IMG/VR virus record: IMGVR_UViG_3300033144_003744
Coordinates: 1 to 64,000 of that record
Strand: one strand, 5' to 3'
Length of the DNA: 64,000 nt
Source of the DNA: a virus
Shown: positions 52,692 through 62,463 of the stretch, piece by piece
How the letters are laid out: each line of letters begins with the position of its first letter
Numbering within the stretch: position 1 is the first letter of the stretch
The notes under the pieces: model-generated
Database searches by the model: none
Told to the model about the DNA's origin: nothing
Seen by the model: the letters and a program-made list of their open reading frames with translations, nothing else
Program-made: the position numbers and the translations under genes

Positions 52692-53072
52692 ATGAAGGAA
52701 ATAAAATATCAAGCATGGGATAAAGTTACAAAAACAATGTGGGGTAATATAGACTCATTAGTTTTTGAGGATGGAAATTTAATTGAAGTTATTTTTTATA
52801 ATAAAGGAGAAGATACTGAATGGGAACCGATTAATAATGTCTGTTTAAGATCATATATGAATAGAAAAGATAAGGACAATAGAGAAATATATGAAAATGA
52901 TATAATTGAATGTGATTATGACGAAATGTTTGATCCACGTAGAATAAATTATCCGAAAAATAAAAGATATAGATTTGTTGTAGATTGTCCCGATGATTTA
53001 AATAATCTTAAGGATATTGAAATAGTTGGTAATATTTTTCAAAGCCCATTAAGTTTAATAAACGAGGTATAA
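52692..53072 (+). CDS. YopX family protein
   Basis: IKYQAWDK, KDKDNREIYENDII, EIVGNIFQ. Confidence 0.85.
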   Translation: MKEIKYQAWDKVTKTMWGNIDSLVFEDGNLIEVIFYNKGEDTEWEPINNVCLRSYMNRKDKDNREIYENDIIECDYDEMFDPRRINYPKNKRYRFVVDCPDDLNNLKDIEIVGNIFQSPLSLINEV

Positions 53073-53074
53073 TT

Positions 53075-54316
53075 ATGAATTTATTAAAAAAATTACCAGA
53101 CTCATATATAGTAGGTGGAGCAGTAAGAGATACTATCATGGGTAGAAATCCAAAAGATATTGATATAGTAACTTCAATGCTTCCAGAGGATGTATTAAAG
53201 AATTTTGACTCTCATCCATTGGGTCAGAAATTTGGTACAGTTGTAGTAAGAGACGATATCGGTGAAGTAGAAGTCACTACAATGCGTAAAGATTTGACAG
53301 GTGGTAGACATCCAGTAGTTGAGTTTACTGATAAAATTAGAGAAGATTTATCCAGAAGAGATTTTAGAATGAATGCAATGGCTATGAATGAATATGGTAG
53401 AATTATTGATCCATTTAAGGGTCAGCAGGATATTATAAACAAACGTATTTCTAGTGTTGAAGATCCTTTAATCACTGTACACCCAATACACGGGGATCCA
53501 CTGAGAGTACTTAGAGCAATTAGATTTTCTATTATTTTAGATTTTGATATTGAACAAGAATTACAAGTAGCAATAATGGATTCCGATCTTTCTACTTTAT
53601 CTGGAGAAAGAATATACTCTGAACTCAAGCAGATGTTTAGTGAGCCTGAGGAAGCCATGAGAGCTTTATATTTCTACAATGTATTGTCCAAGGTACTACC
53701 GGAGGTAGATGATTTATCATGGTGTGTACAGAGTGTTCAGTGGCACCCTGAGGGAGATGCATTAGAGCACACCATTCTTGTAATGGAAAGAGTAAAGGAA
53801 CATGGTCCATTAGCTGTAATGGCCGCTATGTTACATGATATAGGTAAACCTGTAACCAGGGAAGGAATGACCTATCATGGCCATGCAAAAGCTGGAGTAG
53901 AAATTGCAGAATCTATTATGAGAAGATTGGGTAGACCTAAAATTGAAGTTGAAGCTGTTAAATTTGTAGTAGAAAATCATATGAAAATTAAAGAAATAGA
54001 AAATATGAAAGTATCTAAATGTAGAAAATTATATGATAGTCCACATTTTGATTTGCTTATGTTGATTGCCAGGGCTGATAATGCAGATAAACATAATGAT
54101 TCTATGTTTGAATTTATTGAACAAGATAATTTAGTTAAAGAAATTAATATTGAACCTTTGCTTGATGGATATGATCTAATAGATTTAGGTCTAAATGGTT
54201 CTGATATTGGTAATGTTCAAAAAATATTAAAAGAATTACAATTAGAAAAAATTATTAGAACTAAAACTGAAGCTATTAGTTATGTAAATATATTTAAATA
54301 TTTAGGTGGTGAATAA
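53075..54316 (+). CDS. cca: Class II (bacterial-type) CCA-adding tRNA nucleotidyltransferase with HD domain
   Basis: VGGAVRD, DID, EVTTMR, DL.RRDF..NAMA, DPLRVLRAIRF, ERI..E, HPEGD..EH, LHDIGKP. Confidence 0.9.
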   Translation: MNLLKKLPDSYIVGGAVRDTIMGRNPKDIDIVTSMLPEDVLKNFDSHPLGQKFGTVVVRDDIGEVEVTTMRKDLTGGRHPVVEFTDKIREDLSRRDFRMNAMAMNEYGRIIDPFKGQQDIINKRISSVEDPLITVHPIHGDPLRVLRAIRFSIILDFDIEQELQVAIMDSDLSTLSGERIYSELKQMFSEPEEAMRALYFYNVLSKVLPEVDDLSWCVQSVQWHPEGDALEHTILVMERVKEHGPLAVMAAMLHDIGKPVTREGMTYHGHAKAGVEIAESIMRRLGRPKIEVEAVKFVVENHMKIKEIENMKVSKCRKLYDSPHFDLLMLIARADNADKHNDSMFEFIEQDNLVKEINIEPLLDGYDLIDLGLNGSDIGNVQKILKELQLEKIIRTKTEAISYVNIFKYLGGE

Positions 54317-54469
54317 ATGGAATGTCCTTGTTGTGGAGAAACGTTAATGTGTCCGTTTTGTGATATATCATTATGTGATGATGGTGAATGTCCAGAATGT
54401 GATTATGCTAATGATACATGGAAATACAGAAATGCTGATTAAGTAACTCATTCTCTTTTTTAGGAAACG

Positions 54470-54500
54470 CTTATATACTTAACCTAACAATATATATTAC
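54470..54500 (+). promoter_or_regulatory. Putative late promoter
   Basis: CTTATATACTTAA...AACAATATAT, also at 39733; lies ahead of the packaging module. Confidence 0.55.
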
Positions 54501-54580
54501 TTAGAGGATAAATAAAACTTTATCTCACCTAAATAGCGATTGCTATTTAGTTACTATTTTATAATAATTAGAGTGATACT

Positions 54581-55093
54581 ATGGCTAAAAAATTAAACTT
54601 AGAAATATGTAATTGTATTATACAAGAATCAGAAAATAGAGAATTGTATGAAATTGCTTATTTACTTGGTAAAATGACAATTGATGATGTATTACAAGCT
54701 TTAGTAGAAGAAGGAATAAATACACATAGTATAATAATAAAACAGCATATGGCTCGTCATATTTCATTAGATACTCAAGAAAAAATTGTAGATTATCTTC
54801 CAAGTGTCGCAAGTACTTGTTCCCAAATGCTTTCACGTGTAAAAGCAAGGGCTATTATCTTTCTTGATAAACCAACACTTGAAAAAGATGAAATTCGACT
54901 TTTAGGAACACTAATTGCTGAATCGGGGAAATTTGTTGATAAATTAGGCGTTTTGAATGGTGACCCAACAACTATATCTCCAATAAATATGCATGTTCCC
55001 TCTTCATTTGAAGAAGCAGCAATGGCTATCCTACCCGGACATCCCGATGTCTGGAAAGAAATACGAGACAAAATGCAAGAATTAGAAAAATAA
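54581..55093 (+). CDS. Putative terminase small subunit
   Basis: Helical 170 aa protein with C..C and H..RH; first gene of the packaging block; positional inference. Confidence 0.4.
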   Translation: MAKKLNLEICNCIIQESENRELYEIAYLLGKMTIDDVLQALVEEGINTHSIIIKQHMARHISLDTQEKIVDYLPSVASTCSQMLSRVKARAIIFLDKPTLEKDEIRLLGTLIAESGKFVDKLGVLNGDPTTISPINMHVPSSFEEAAMAILPGHPDVWKEIRDKMQELEK

Positions 55094-55156
55094 TAAAAAA
55101 TTATCATTAGATATTAAGGGGTCTCTACCCCTTTAATATTTAGTAGAGGTGATAAT

Positions 55157-55852
55157 ATGATTGATGAAAACATTACGTTTAAAAAATTTGGTTATTATTC
55201 TACAGATTTAACAAGATATTCTCATAGAAAGGTATGGAGAATATGCGAGGGCTGTAAATCTGGGAAGTGGATTTCATTTAATAATTTTAAAAATATATGT
55301 TCGGATTGTTCAAGAAAATTACATACAATTTCCAAAGAAAATAGAAAAAAATTAATTGAAGCAAGAACTCATAAACCACTTTCAAATGAACATAAATTAA
55401 AGATAAGTGAAGGTAATAAAGGTAAACATCCTTCAAAAGAAACTATTAAACAACAGAGTTTGTCTAAATTAGGTTCAAAAAATCCAATGTTTGGGAAATG
55501 TGGTAATAAAAATCTAATGTTTGGAAGAATTGGTGAAAATCATCCCACATGGAAAGGTGGGATACAGAAAGCTAGAAGGAAAGTTAAAGCAAAAAGAAAG
55601 GAATATCTTGATCCGAATCCAATCGAATTAAATAAAGGTTTCAAGGATTCTCACGGCCACCATATAAATTCTAAATATATAATTAACATTCCCTCTGAAT
55701 TACATAGATCTATATCTCATCGTCAAACAGATGGTAGGGGTATGAATAAAATTAATAAAGTTGTATTCAAATATTTATATTATAATAAAGAAAATATAAT
55801 ATTAGATGAAGAGGCTATTTATTTTATAAATCTTGAATGTTATAATAAATAA
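55157..55852 (+). CDS. Homing endonuclease-like protein (Zn finger, NUMOD3, HNH-like)
   Basis: FGYYSTD...SH.K..C..C; GKHPSKET; HGHHIN..IP.ELHRS..H; close paralog of 56609-57370. Confidence 0.75.
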   Translation: MIDENITFKKFGYYSTDLTRYSHRKVWRICEGCKSGKWISFNNFKNICSDCSRKLHTISKENRKKLIEARTHKPLSNEHKLKISEGNKGKHPSKETIKQQSLSKLGSKNPMFGKCGNKNLMFGRIGENHPTWKGGIQKARRKVKAKRKEYLDPNPIELNKGFKDSHGHHINSKYIINIPSELHRSISHRQTDGRGMNKINKVVFKYLYYNKENIILDEEAIYFINLECYNK

Positions 55853-55967
55853 CCATATATACCAATAACACATAATATGAATGGTGATTTAAAATGAATG
55901 GTGAAGAAGGAACAGCATAAAACATATATTTATATAGTATTGGCACATAATAGACATTAGTGATTAT

Positions 55968-56405
55968 ATGAGAATATTAAACTACGAAGTAAAGTTCAGT
56001 GTTGAAAAAAGACATTCGTTCTGGGATCTTTTTAGTAGCCCTGATCTTGGTTATATTTTACCTGATTGTGAACCAATTATTGGTAAAGAAATAAAACCAT
56101 GGAAATTAGAAATAAGTCCAGAAAAACGCCTACATGCAATGCATTCTGATGTTTTAGTTTATGCTTTCAGAGATATAGTACACCAAATGCTAATGTATCC
56201 TAATGAAGCGGGATCAATATTTCTTGGTATTGTAGCTTTCACCGAAGCATTCAAAAATAACATGATAACAAAAGGTGCAAATATAGAATCAATTGTAGAA
56301 TATGATGAAGCTGTAGATGCACATATTGAAATAACTTTAAATAATATAAAAAGAAACAATCCAGAGATATATGAAAGTGTACTGGAATGTTTAGAAGATG
56401 ATTAA
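55968..56405 (+). CDS. Hypothetical protein
   Basis: 145 aa ORF with TATA and GTGA SD. Confidence 0.5.
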   Translation: MRILNYEVKFSVEKRHSFWDLFSSPDLGYILPDCEPIIGKEIKPWKLEISPEKRLHAMHSDVLVYAFRDIVHQMLMYPNEAGSIFLGIVAFTEAFKNNMITKGANIESIVEYDEAVDAHIEITLNNIKRNNPEIYESVLECLEDD

Positions 56406-56608
56406 ATGATAATAGAAATCGAGTGCAATGATTCACACTCCAAAGATATAGCCATTTTGAACGAAGATGGCTCATATTTTTTAAAAGAAAAATTTTTAGT
56501 TTATAATTTTAATGCAGGCGACTATCGTAGATAAGTCGTGTTTTTTTATTCACCAAGTTGGGATGAGATTTGATCCTCATCCTTTCTTGTGATCAAAGGT
56601 GATAAAAT

Positions 56609-57370
56609 ATGATTAACGAAGTAAAGACATTTGAGAAGTTTGGATATTATTCTACAGATTGGGCACCAAAGAGTCATAAAAAAATATGTGTAGTTTGTGA
56701 TAATTGTGGTGGAGAAAGAGTATTAGAAAAAGCTGATTATTGTGATTTATGTAGATCTTGTAAACATCTTGGACATGTTGTTACAAAGGAAACAAGACAG
56801 AAACTTAGAGATGCTAATATTGGTAAACACCATACCGAAGAAAGTAAACTGAAAATGAGTAAATCTCTTGAAGGTAGAAAGTTATCTGAAGAACATAAAC
56901 GAAAAATTGGTAATGGTCATAGAGGAAAGAAAATTTCTGAAGAACAAAAAAGAAACCATAGTAAGATGATGACTGGTAGAAAAGCATCTAAAGAAACACG
57001 TAAGAAATTAAGTAAAATTCATTCTGGTAAAAATAATCATATGTATGGTAAAACTGGTGAAAAATCTCCACATTGGCTTGGGGGAGAAAGAGTTTCTAGT
57101 AGAAAATATAGAACTAAAAGAAGAAAGATGCTTGATCCAAATCCTATTGATTTAAATAAAGATTTTAATAATTCACATGGGCATCACGTTGATGCCAAAT
57201 ATGTAATACATATTCCAGCTAAATTACACAGATCTGTTAGACACAGACAGACTGATGGAGATGGAATGAATAAAATTAATAAACTTGCTTTTAAATATTT
57301 ATTGAATAATAAAGAAAGCATGATAGTATCTGATGAAACTGCCCTTTATATAAATTTAATGGTTTTGTGA
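56609..57370 (+). CDS. Homing endonuclease-like protein (Zn finger, NUMOD3 repeats, HNH-like)
   Basis: Multiple S.E.K.K.S repeats; LDPNPIDLNK...HGHH..IPAKLHRS. Confidence 0.75.
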   Translation: MINEVKTFEKFGYYSTDWAPKSHKKICVVCDNCGGERVLEKADYCDLCRSCKHLGHVVTKETRQKLRDANIGKHHTEESKLKMSKSLEGRKLSEEHKRKIGNGHRGKKISEEQKRNHSKMMTGRKASKETRKKLSKIHSGKNNHMYGKTGEKSPHWLGGERVSSRKYRTKRRKMLDPNPIDLNKDFNNSHGHHVDAKYVIHIPAKLHRSVRHRQTDGDGMNKINKLAFKYLLNNKESMIVSDETALYINLMVL

Positions 57371-57372
57371 AT

Positions 57373-58866
57373 ATGAGTTTTGTTGATGAAATGAATTTTA
57401 AAACAGCAGAAAACGATGTTTATTTTTTTACTACTGAAATTTTAGGGTTAGAATTAAAACAGTTCCATAAACAATGGTTATATAATCTTTTAAATCATAA
57501 AAGAACTCTTAATATTTGTTCTCGTGATCATGGTAAAAGTTTTATAAGTTCTATGGCTTTTCCTCTTTGGACAACTTTATTTTCACCAGAACAAATCCTC
57601 ACATCACAAGTTTCTAATTGCGATACTCTGATTATAAGTAATTCATTAGATCAGAGCCAAATGCTTATAGAAAGAATTAAAACAGTTATTGAAAATACAG
57701 AGATTCTTAATAGTCTTAATTGGTCTAGGGGCAATAAAAATTTAATTGAATTAAATGAAAAGGATAATCATAATAAAATAGAATCTAGGTCTTTTGGGTC
57801 TTCTGTACGTGGTATGCACCCATTAATTTGTGTTATAGATGATCCTTTGAGTGAAAACTCATCCATGACGGCAGATGCTATTGAGGAATTTTTCTTTTCA
57901 TCTATTTCTAATCTTTGCCATGCCGAAGCAATTCTCAGTGTAATTGGAACAAGATTTTCAGCTACTGATTTATATAGTAAATTAATGGAACCAGAACGGG
58001 CTTATAAACTTGCAGTATATCCAGCATTAAATTCTGCTAACGAGCCACTCTGGCCGGAAAGATACAGTTATGAAAATTTAATGAAGAAAAGGGCTGAAAT
58101 TGGTTCTTATGCCTTCGCTCGTGAATTTATGTGCGAGCCAATGTCTGATGATGACTCTATATTTCCAAGAGATTTATTAAGGTCATGTTTAAGAGAAGAT
58201 TATATTTTTGAAACGGAATCTGATAATGAATCAAGATATTTAATTTCAGTCGATTTTAGTATAGGGACTACCTCAAGTTCTGATAATAGTGTAATTACAA
58301 CTCTAAAAGACGATCGTAACGGTAATATTTCTATTTGTGATATATGGAAACAATCTGGACAAACGTATGATGTTCAATTAGATGCGATCAGAGAAAGATA
58401 TAAATTGTTTCAACCAATTCAAATACACGTCGAAAACAATATATTTCAGGCGATTTTTGAACAAATTTTAAAAAAAGAAAGATTACCAGTGGTTGGAATC
58501 CCCACTACTAGGCAAAGTAAAGAAAATAATACATTTTTATTGAGATCATTAATAGAAGATAAAAAAATTATATTTCCTTATGGTGATGTAAAATCTCGTA
58601 AAATGATAGATGATTTAATGATAGAACTTGGGGCATTTGGTTATCGTAATGATAAATTACAGGGACTTGGAAAAAGTGACGATATGGTTCTATCCCTTAC
58701 AATTGGCACTAAAGGAATAACTAATTTCTCTGGTGGTTCAGTATCTGGTAAAGCTGGTGGTTTTTCAAAGGCAGACAATATTATGGATATAAATTTTGAT
58801 ATGCAGAATAATAAATTTAATGCTCCATGGAGTAGTGAAATTATGCAGGGACTTGGTATAAAATGA
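57373..58866 (+). CDS. terL: Terminase large subunit
   Basis: SRDHGKS Walker A, VRG.H, VIDD Walker B, IGT, LWPE, EFMC, SVDF, EN, DDMVLS. Confidence 0.92.
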   Translation: MSFVDEMNFKTAENDVYFFTTEILGLELKQFHKQWLYNLLNHKRTLNICSRDHGKSFISSMAFPLWTTLFSPEQILTSQVSNCDTLIISNSLDQSQMLIERIKTVIENTEILNSLNWSRGNKNLIELNEKDNHNKIESRSFGSSVRGMHPLICVIDDPLSENSSMTADAIEEFFFSSISNLCHAEAILSVIGTRFSATDLYSKLMEPERAYKLAVYPALNSANEPLWPERYSYENLMKKRAEIGSYAFAREFMCEPMSDDDSIFPRDLLRSCLREDYIFETESDNESRYLISVDFSIGTTSSSDNSVITTLKDDRNGNISICDIWKQSGQTYDVQLDAIRERYKLFQPIQIHVENNIFQAIFEQILKKERLPVVGIPTTRQSKENNTFLLRSLIEDKKIIFPYGDVKSRKMIDDLMIELGAFGYRNDKLQGLGKSDDMVLSLTIGTKGITNFSGGSVSGKAGGFSKADNIMDINFDMQNNKFNAPWSSEIMQGLGIK

Positions 58867-59112
58867 CATTTAGAGAAGATATAAAAGAAGCAATGAAAGG
58901 ATCAAAATGTAAAGACTCTACATCTGTAGAAGCTAAAAGTGGGGGGTCAGGAGCTGAATGTGGACCATCAATGCATCGACATCCTGACGTTTATCAAAAT
59001 AAATGTCATTCAATATACCAAAAACATACTAGAAAACAAGTTGGTCCGAATAAATCTCCAAATAGTCAAATTAAGAAAACTGTCAAAAGGTTAAAAGTAG
59101 ATTAGTGATATT

Positions 59113-61341
59113 ATGTTATGCGCAAAATGTGGAACAGAAACGGTGAAAAGTTTTGACATTAAGTCTGGACAACAAATAGCCGTTGAAACGTGTCCCAAAT
59201 GTAATACAAGTAGTGGTAGTACTGTTGTCGTTCCTAATGTTTCAACTATTAGTGAACCAAGTATGACTGCTGATGCCCAGATGACCCGTGTCGTGGGTTC
59301 TACAGCGCACGCTCCAAATCCAGTTCATATTAAAGCAGAAGCTCCAAAGAGTGGTCTATTAAATAAAGCTTCTCAATTTACTGCTAGATTGTTGAATAGA
59401 GGAGATTCTAGAAAATACGATCAAAAAACTGCTGACAGTTGGATGATGCAGCAGAACATTGTACCTAAGCACGCAACTCCTCCAGGTTCAGGATTAGGTT
59501 ACAAGGTAAGTCCATATACGTCTGAGTGGATAAAGCTCTGGGGTATCACTCCTATAGCCGATCTATCTAAGTACAGACTTATGTATAGGACTGTTCCTAA
59601 AGTTAAAAGAGCAATTGATAAAACTGTATCATCTGCAATTATTAAAGGATTTAATCGATTAGAGATAAATCCATTACAAACTTGGTATCCAGAAGATGAG
59701 TACTCTTCACTAGAAGATTATCATTTTGCAATAACGAGTTATCTCCAATCATGGATAGATGGTCAAGATGATTTTTATCTTAACCTGAATATGATTGGAA
59801 AGGATATGCTTATCTATGGTAATGCATATGTTGAACTAGTATATGAAGATCTTGAAGTAGAAGAAAAACAGAGTAACGATTTTACTAATTACGAAGTTCA
59901 TAAAGAAGATTATAGTTGGGCTGGCAAAGGACCATTAGATGGGCAGGATGCCCCAATGGTTACGATGAAAAATCCTGGTGGTAAATATCTTGAAGTTGCA
60001 CCAAAGGGAGATTTAATATGGCTTAAACCATTAGATCCATTGTATATGAGAGTAAGAGCAGATTCATATGGTAACGTTTTTGGTTATCTACAATTTTTAT
60101 CTGCACCCCCAGTATCATATACACCAGATAAAATGGCCCACTTTAGATATAATCCTTTGTCATGGCAATACGAAACTTTTAATGGTACATCAATGTTGAT
60201 GTCTATTATTAGAACCCAGGAAATTATATGGCAAATAGAGAATGATCTGATTCTATTAGGTCATGCTACGGTAAAACCACCTATGCATTTTGCATGTGGT
60301 GATAAAGATAATATTTGGCCAGAACCAGTATTTACACAGTTTATAGCTGATACTGCAAATAGAAGTGCAGGTGGAGATTTATATACTAGAGGAGATGTAA
60401 GAGGGACTCCATTACCAGCACCTGCAAGTAGTATTTCTCAAATGGTAAGATATTTAGATTATCACGATACTCAGAGAACGATAGCACTAGGTGTTCCACC
60501 ACAGCTACTAGGACAGCCAGAGGGAAGCTCTAGAACTACAGCAGAGGTTAGCTTGGACGATTGGGTAAATATGCTCCAGAACATCCAGAGAGAGATTAGT
60601 AATACACTGGAAGATCAAATATTTAGACATATTATAAGAAATAAATTTGGTGAAAATGCTCCGATTCCTAAACCTATTTGGAACCCATTATTCGCAAAGG
60701 ATGAAAATGACATTACTTCTAGAATAGTATCATTAGTAGCGAGTGGAATTGTAACAATTAATGAAGCTAGGCAATGGTTATTTGATATTGGAATTCATCT
60801 TAATCCTGTTGAAGGCGGAGAAAAAATACAAGATTTAGAACGTTTCAAACAAGAAATGGAAAATAGTGAATTAATGACAGAGCAAAGTAAAATTTCACTT
60901 GAACAAACAAAACAAGAATTAGAAAATCCACCAGAGGAAGTTTCTGCATCATATGAAATAAATCCACAAAAATGGATAAATCTTGAGCCAAGGGACACAA
61001 AAAAAGATATCACAAATCGTCCTAATGAGCCAAGTAGCAGAATATCTGGTAAATATAAAGTTCAAGAAGCATTAAAAATGGATGGTATATCTGTTTTTTC
61101 TGTAAATGATAAAAATATTAGATTAGATCTCGATGAAAAATGGGAATCTTCTGGTTCATATAAAGACAAGGATTATATTTCAGAAAATGAAATATGGGTA
61201 TCCCAAGACTTATCCGACGTGAAATGGGCAGAATGTCTTAAAGAAGAATTAGCAAATTTAGATGCTCCAATGCAAGAATTTACACCCACAGACCAGTTAA
61301 TGTTTCCAGAAATTTTAAAGAAAAAGAAAGTAGAAGAATAA
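59113..61341 (+). CDS. Portal protein with N- and C-terminal extensions
   Basis: Follows terL; IYGNAYVE, LKPLDP, HFRY....GTS, ALGVPPQLLG, GIVTINEAR. Confidence 0.85.
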   Translation: MLCAKCGTETVKSFDIKSGQQIAVETCPKCNTSSGSTVVVPNVSTISEPSMTADAQMTRVVGSTAHAPNPVHIKAEAPKSGLLNKASQFTARLLNRGDSRKYDQKTADSWMMQQNIVPKHATPPGSGLGYKVSPYTSEWIKLWGITPIADLSKYRLMYRTVPKVKRAIDKTVSSAIIKGFNRLEINPLQTWYPEDEYSSLEDYHFAITSYLQSWIDGQDDFYLNLNMIGKDMLIYGNAYVELVYEDLEVEEKQSNDFTNYEVHKEDYSWAGKGPLDGQDAPMVTMKNPGGKYLEVAPKGDLIWLKPLDPLYMRVRADSYGNVFGYLQFLSAPPVSYTPDKMAHFRYNPLSWQYETFNGTSMLMSIIRTQEIIWQIENDLILLGHATVKPPMHFACGDKDNIWPEPVFTQFIADTANRSAGGDLYTRGDVRGTPLPAPASSISQMVRYLDYHDTQRTIALGVPPQLLGQPEGSSRTTAEVSLDDWVNMLQNIQREISNTLEDQIFRHIIRNKFGENAPIPKPIWNPLFAKDENDITSRIVSLVASGIVTINEARQWLFDIGIHLNPVEGGEKIQDLERFKQEMENSELMTEQSKISLEQTKQELENPPEEVSASYEINPQKWINLEPRDTKKDITNRPNEPSSRISGKYKVQEALKMDGISVFSVNDKNIRLDLDEKWESSGSYKDKDYISENEIWVSQDLSDVKWAECLKEELANLDAPMQEFTPTDQLMFPEILKKKKVEE

Positions 61342-61350
61342 GGTGAAATA

Positions 61351-61527
61351 ATGTTAGATAAAATATCAAAATTTTTAGAAGAATCAACTGATAAATTACT
61401 TGCACTTATTGTTATTATAGCAGCAATAGCATGTATATTTTGTCAACTTGATATACCAGAATGGTATAGTATGTTAGTTGGTATGGTAGGAATGTTTTTC
61501 TTTAAAAGGAATAATGGTGATAAATAA
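61351..61527 (+). CDS. Small two-TM membrane protein (holin-like)
   Basis: LLALIVIIAAIACIFC and WYSMLVGMVGMFFF followed by KR; GGTGA SD. Confidence 0.5.
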   Translation: MLDKISKFLEESTDKLLALIVIIAAIACIFCQLDIPEWYSMLVGMVGMFFFKRNNGDK

Positions 61528-62291
61528 TGCCATCACCAGATAGTCCAGATAGAGAGACTTTAATAGGTCTTGGGGATATTAATGATCATGAAGTATTTTC
61601 AGAATTTGCATATTGTGCGGATGTAGATGAAACTAGTTTAAAAATACTTAGTTCTAATTTAGCAATAGAGCAACCCGCCGCAGAAACACAAGTTACATTT
61701 GTATCTGATAGTGTTGAAGATGATCTTACCAAAACAGGATTAGAACAACTAAAAATGACATATTTTAATGATACTTGGGTATTAAAAGAAGAAATAATAG
61801 AACTAAATGGAACAGGTGCAAAGGATTCTGTTGCAACAGATGTTTATAGAATACAAGAAATAGATGCTATACAGAGAGGTTCAGCTGGCGGGGCAGTAGG
61901 AACAATAACATGTAAAAAGAAAGGTGCTGCTAATCTTTATGCGGAAATAAAACCAGGAAGATCAATATTTGAAAGATTATTACATTATGTACCACCTGGA
62001 ATGATTGCAGTAATTACTGATATTTTTATTAGTGCAACAAAAACAACTGGTACGAAATTTGTGTTGATAGTAACTCAAGATTTTACAGATGATGGTGGAG
62101 AAAAATTATCTCTTGGTCTAGCACATGCACTTGCTGCATATGGTACTGGTTCAGTATGGATGCCGAATTTACCTTATGTTGTGGATGCAACTGGTTGGAC
62201 TCGTGGTAGAACTATAGCAATAGCAGTACAAGGTATTGCGGCAGACCAGGACGCATCAGCTTCTATTAGATTTTATCAATACACACCATAG
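61527..62291 (+). CDS. Putative virion structural protein (beta-rich)
   Basis: SDS..D..TG, E.IELNGT, G.ITC pattern; located in the head module. Confidence 0.45.
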   Translation: MPSPDSPDRETLIGLGDINDHEVFSEFAYCADVDETSLKILSSNLAIEQPAAETQVTFVSDSVEDDLTKTGLEQLKMTYFNDTWVLKEEIIELNGTGAKDSVATDVYRIQEIDAIQRGSAGGAVGTITCKKKGAANLYAEIKPGRSIFERLLHYVPPGMIAVITDIFISATKTTGTKFVLIVTQDFTDDGGEKLSLGLAHALAAYGTGSVWMPNLPYVVDATGWTRGRTIAIAVQGIAADQDASASIRFYQYTP

Positions 62292-62299
62292 GTATTATT

Positions 62300-62461
62300 A
62301 TGCCTAAACAAATAGACGAATGTGTTAAAAAGTTAGAAGATGAACCAGGAATAGAAAACCCATGGGCTTTATGTACTCATCAATACCAACAGAAAAAAAA
62401 GAAGAGAGAAAGAAGGAAGAATGCTTTTAGAACTAAGATGAAAGCAGTATTAAAAGGGTGA
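62300..62461 (+). CDS. Small basic protein
   Basis: MPKQIDECV...PWALC with a Lys/Arg-rich tail. Confidence 0.45.
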   Translation: MPKQIDECVKKLEDEPGIENPWALCTHQYQQKKKKRERRKNAFRTKMKAVLKG

Positions 62462-62463
62462 TT

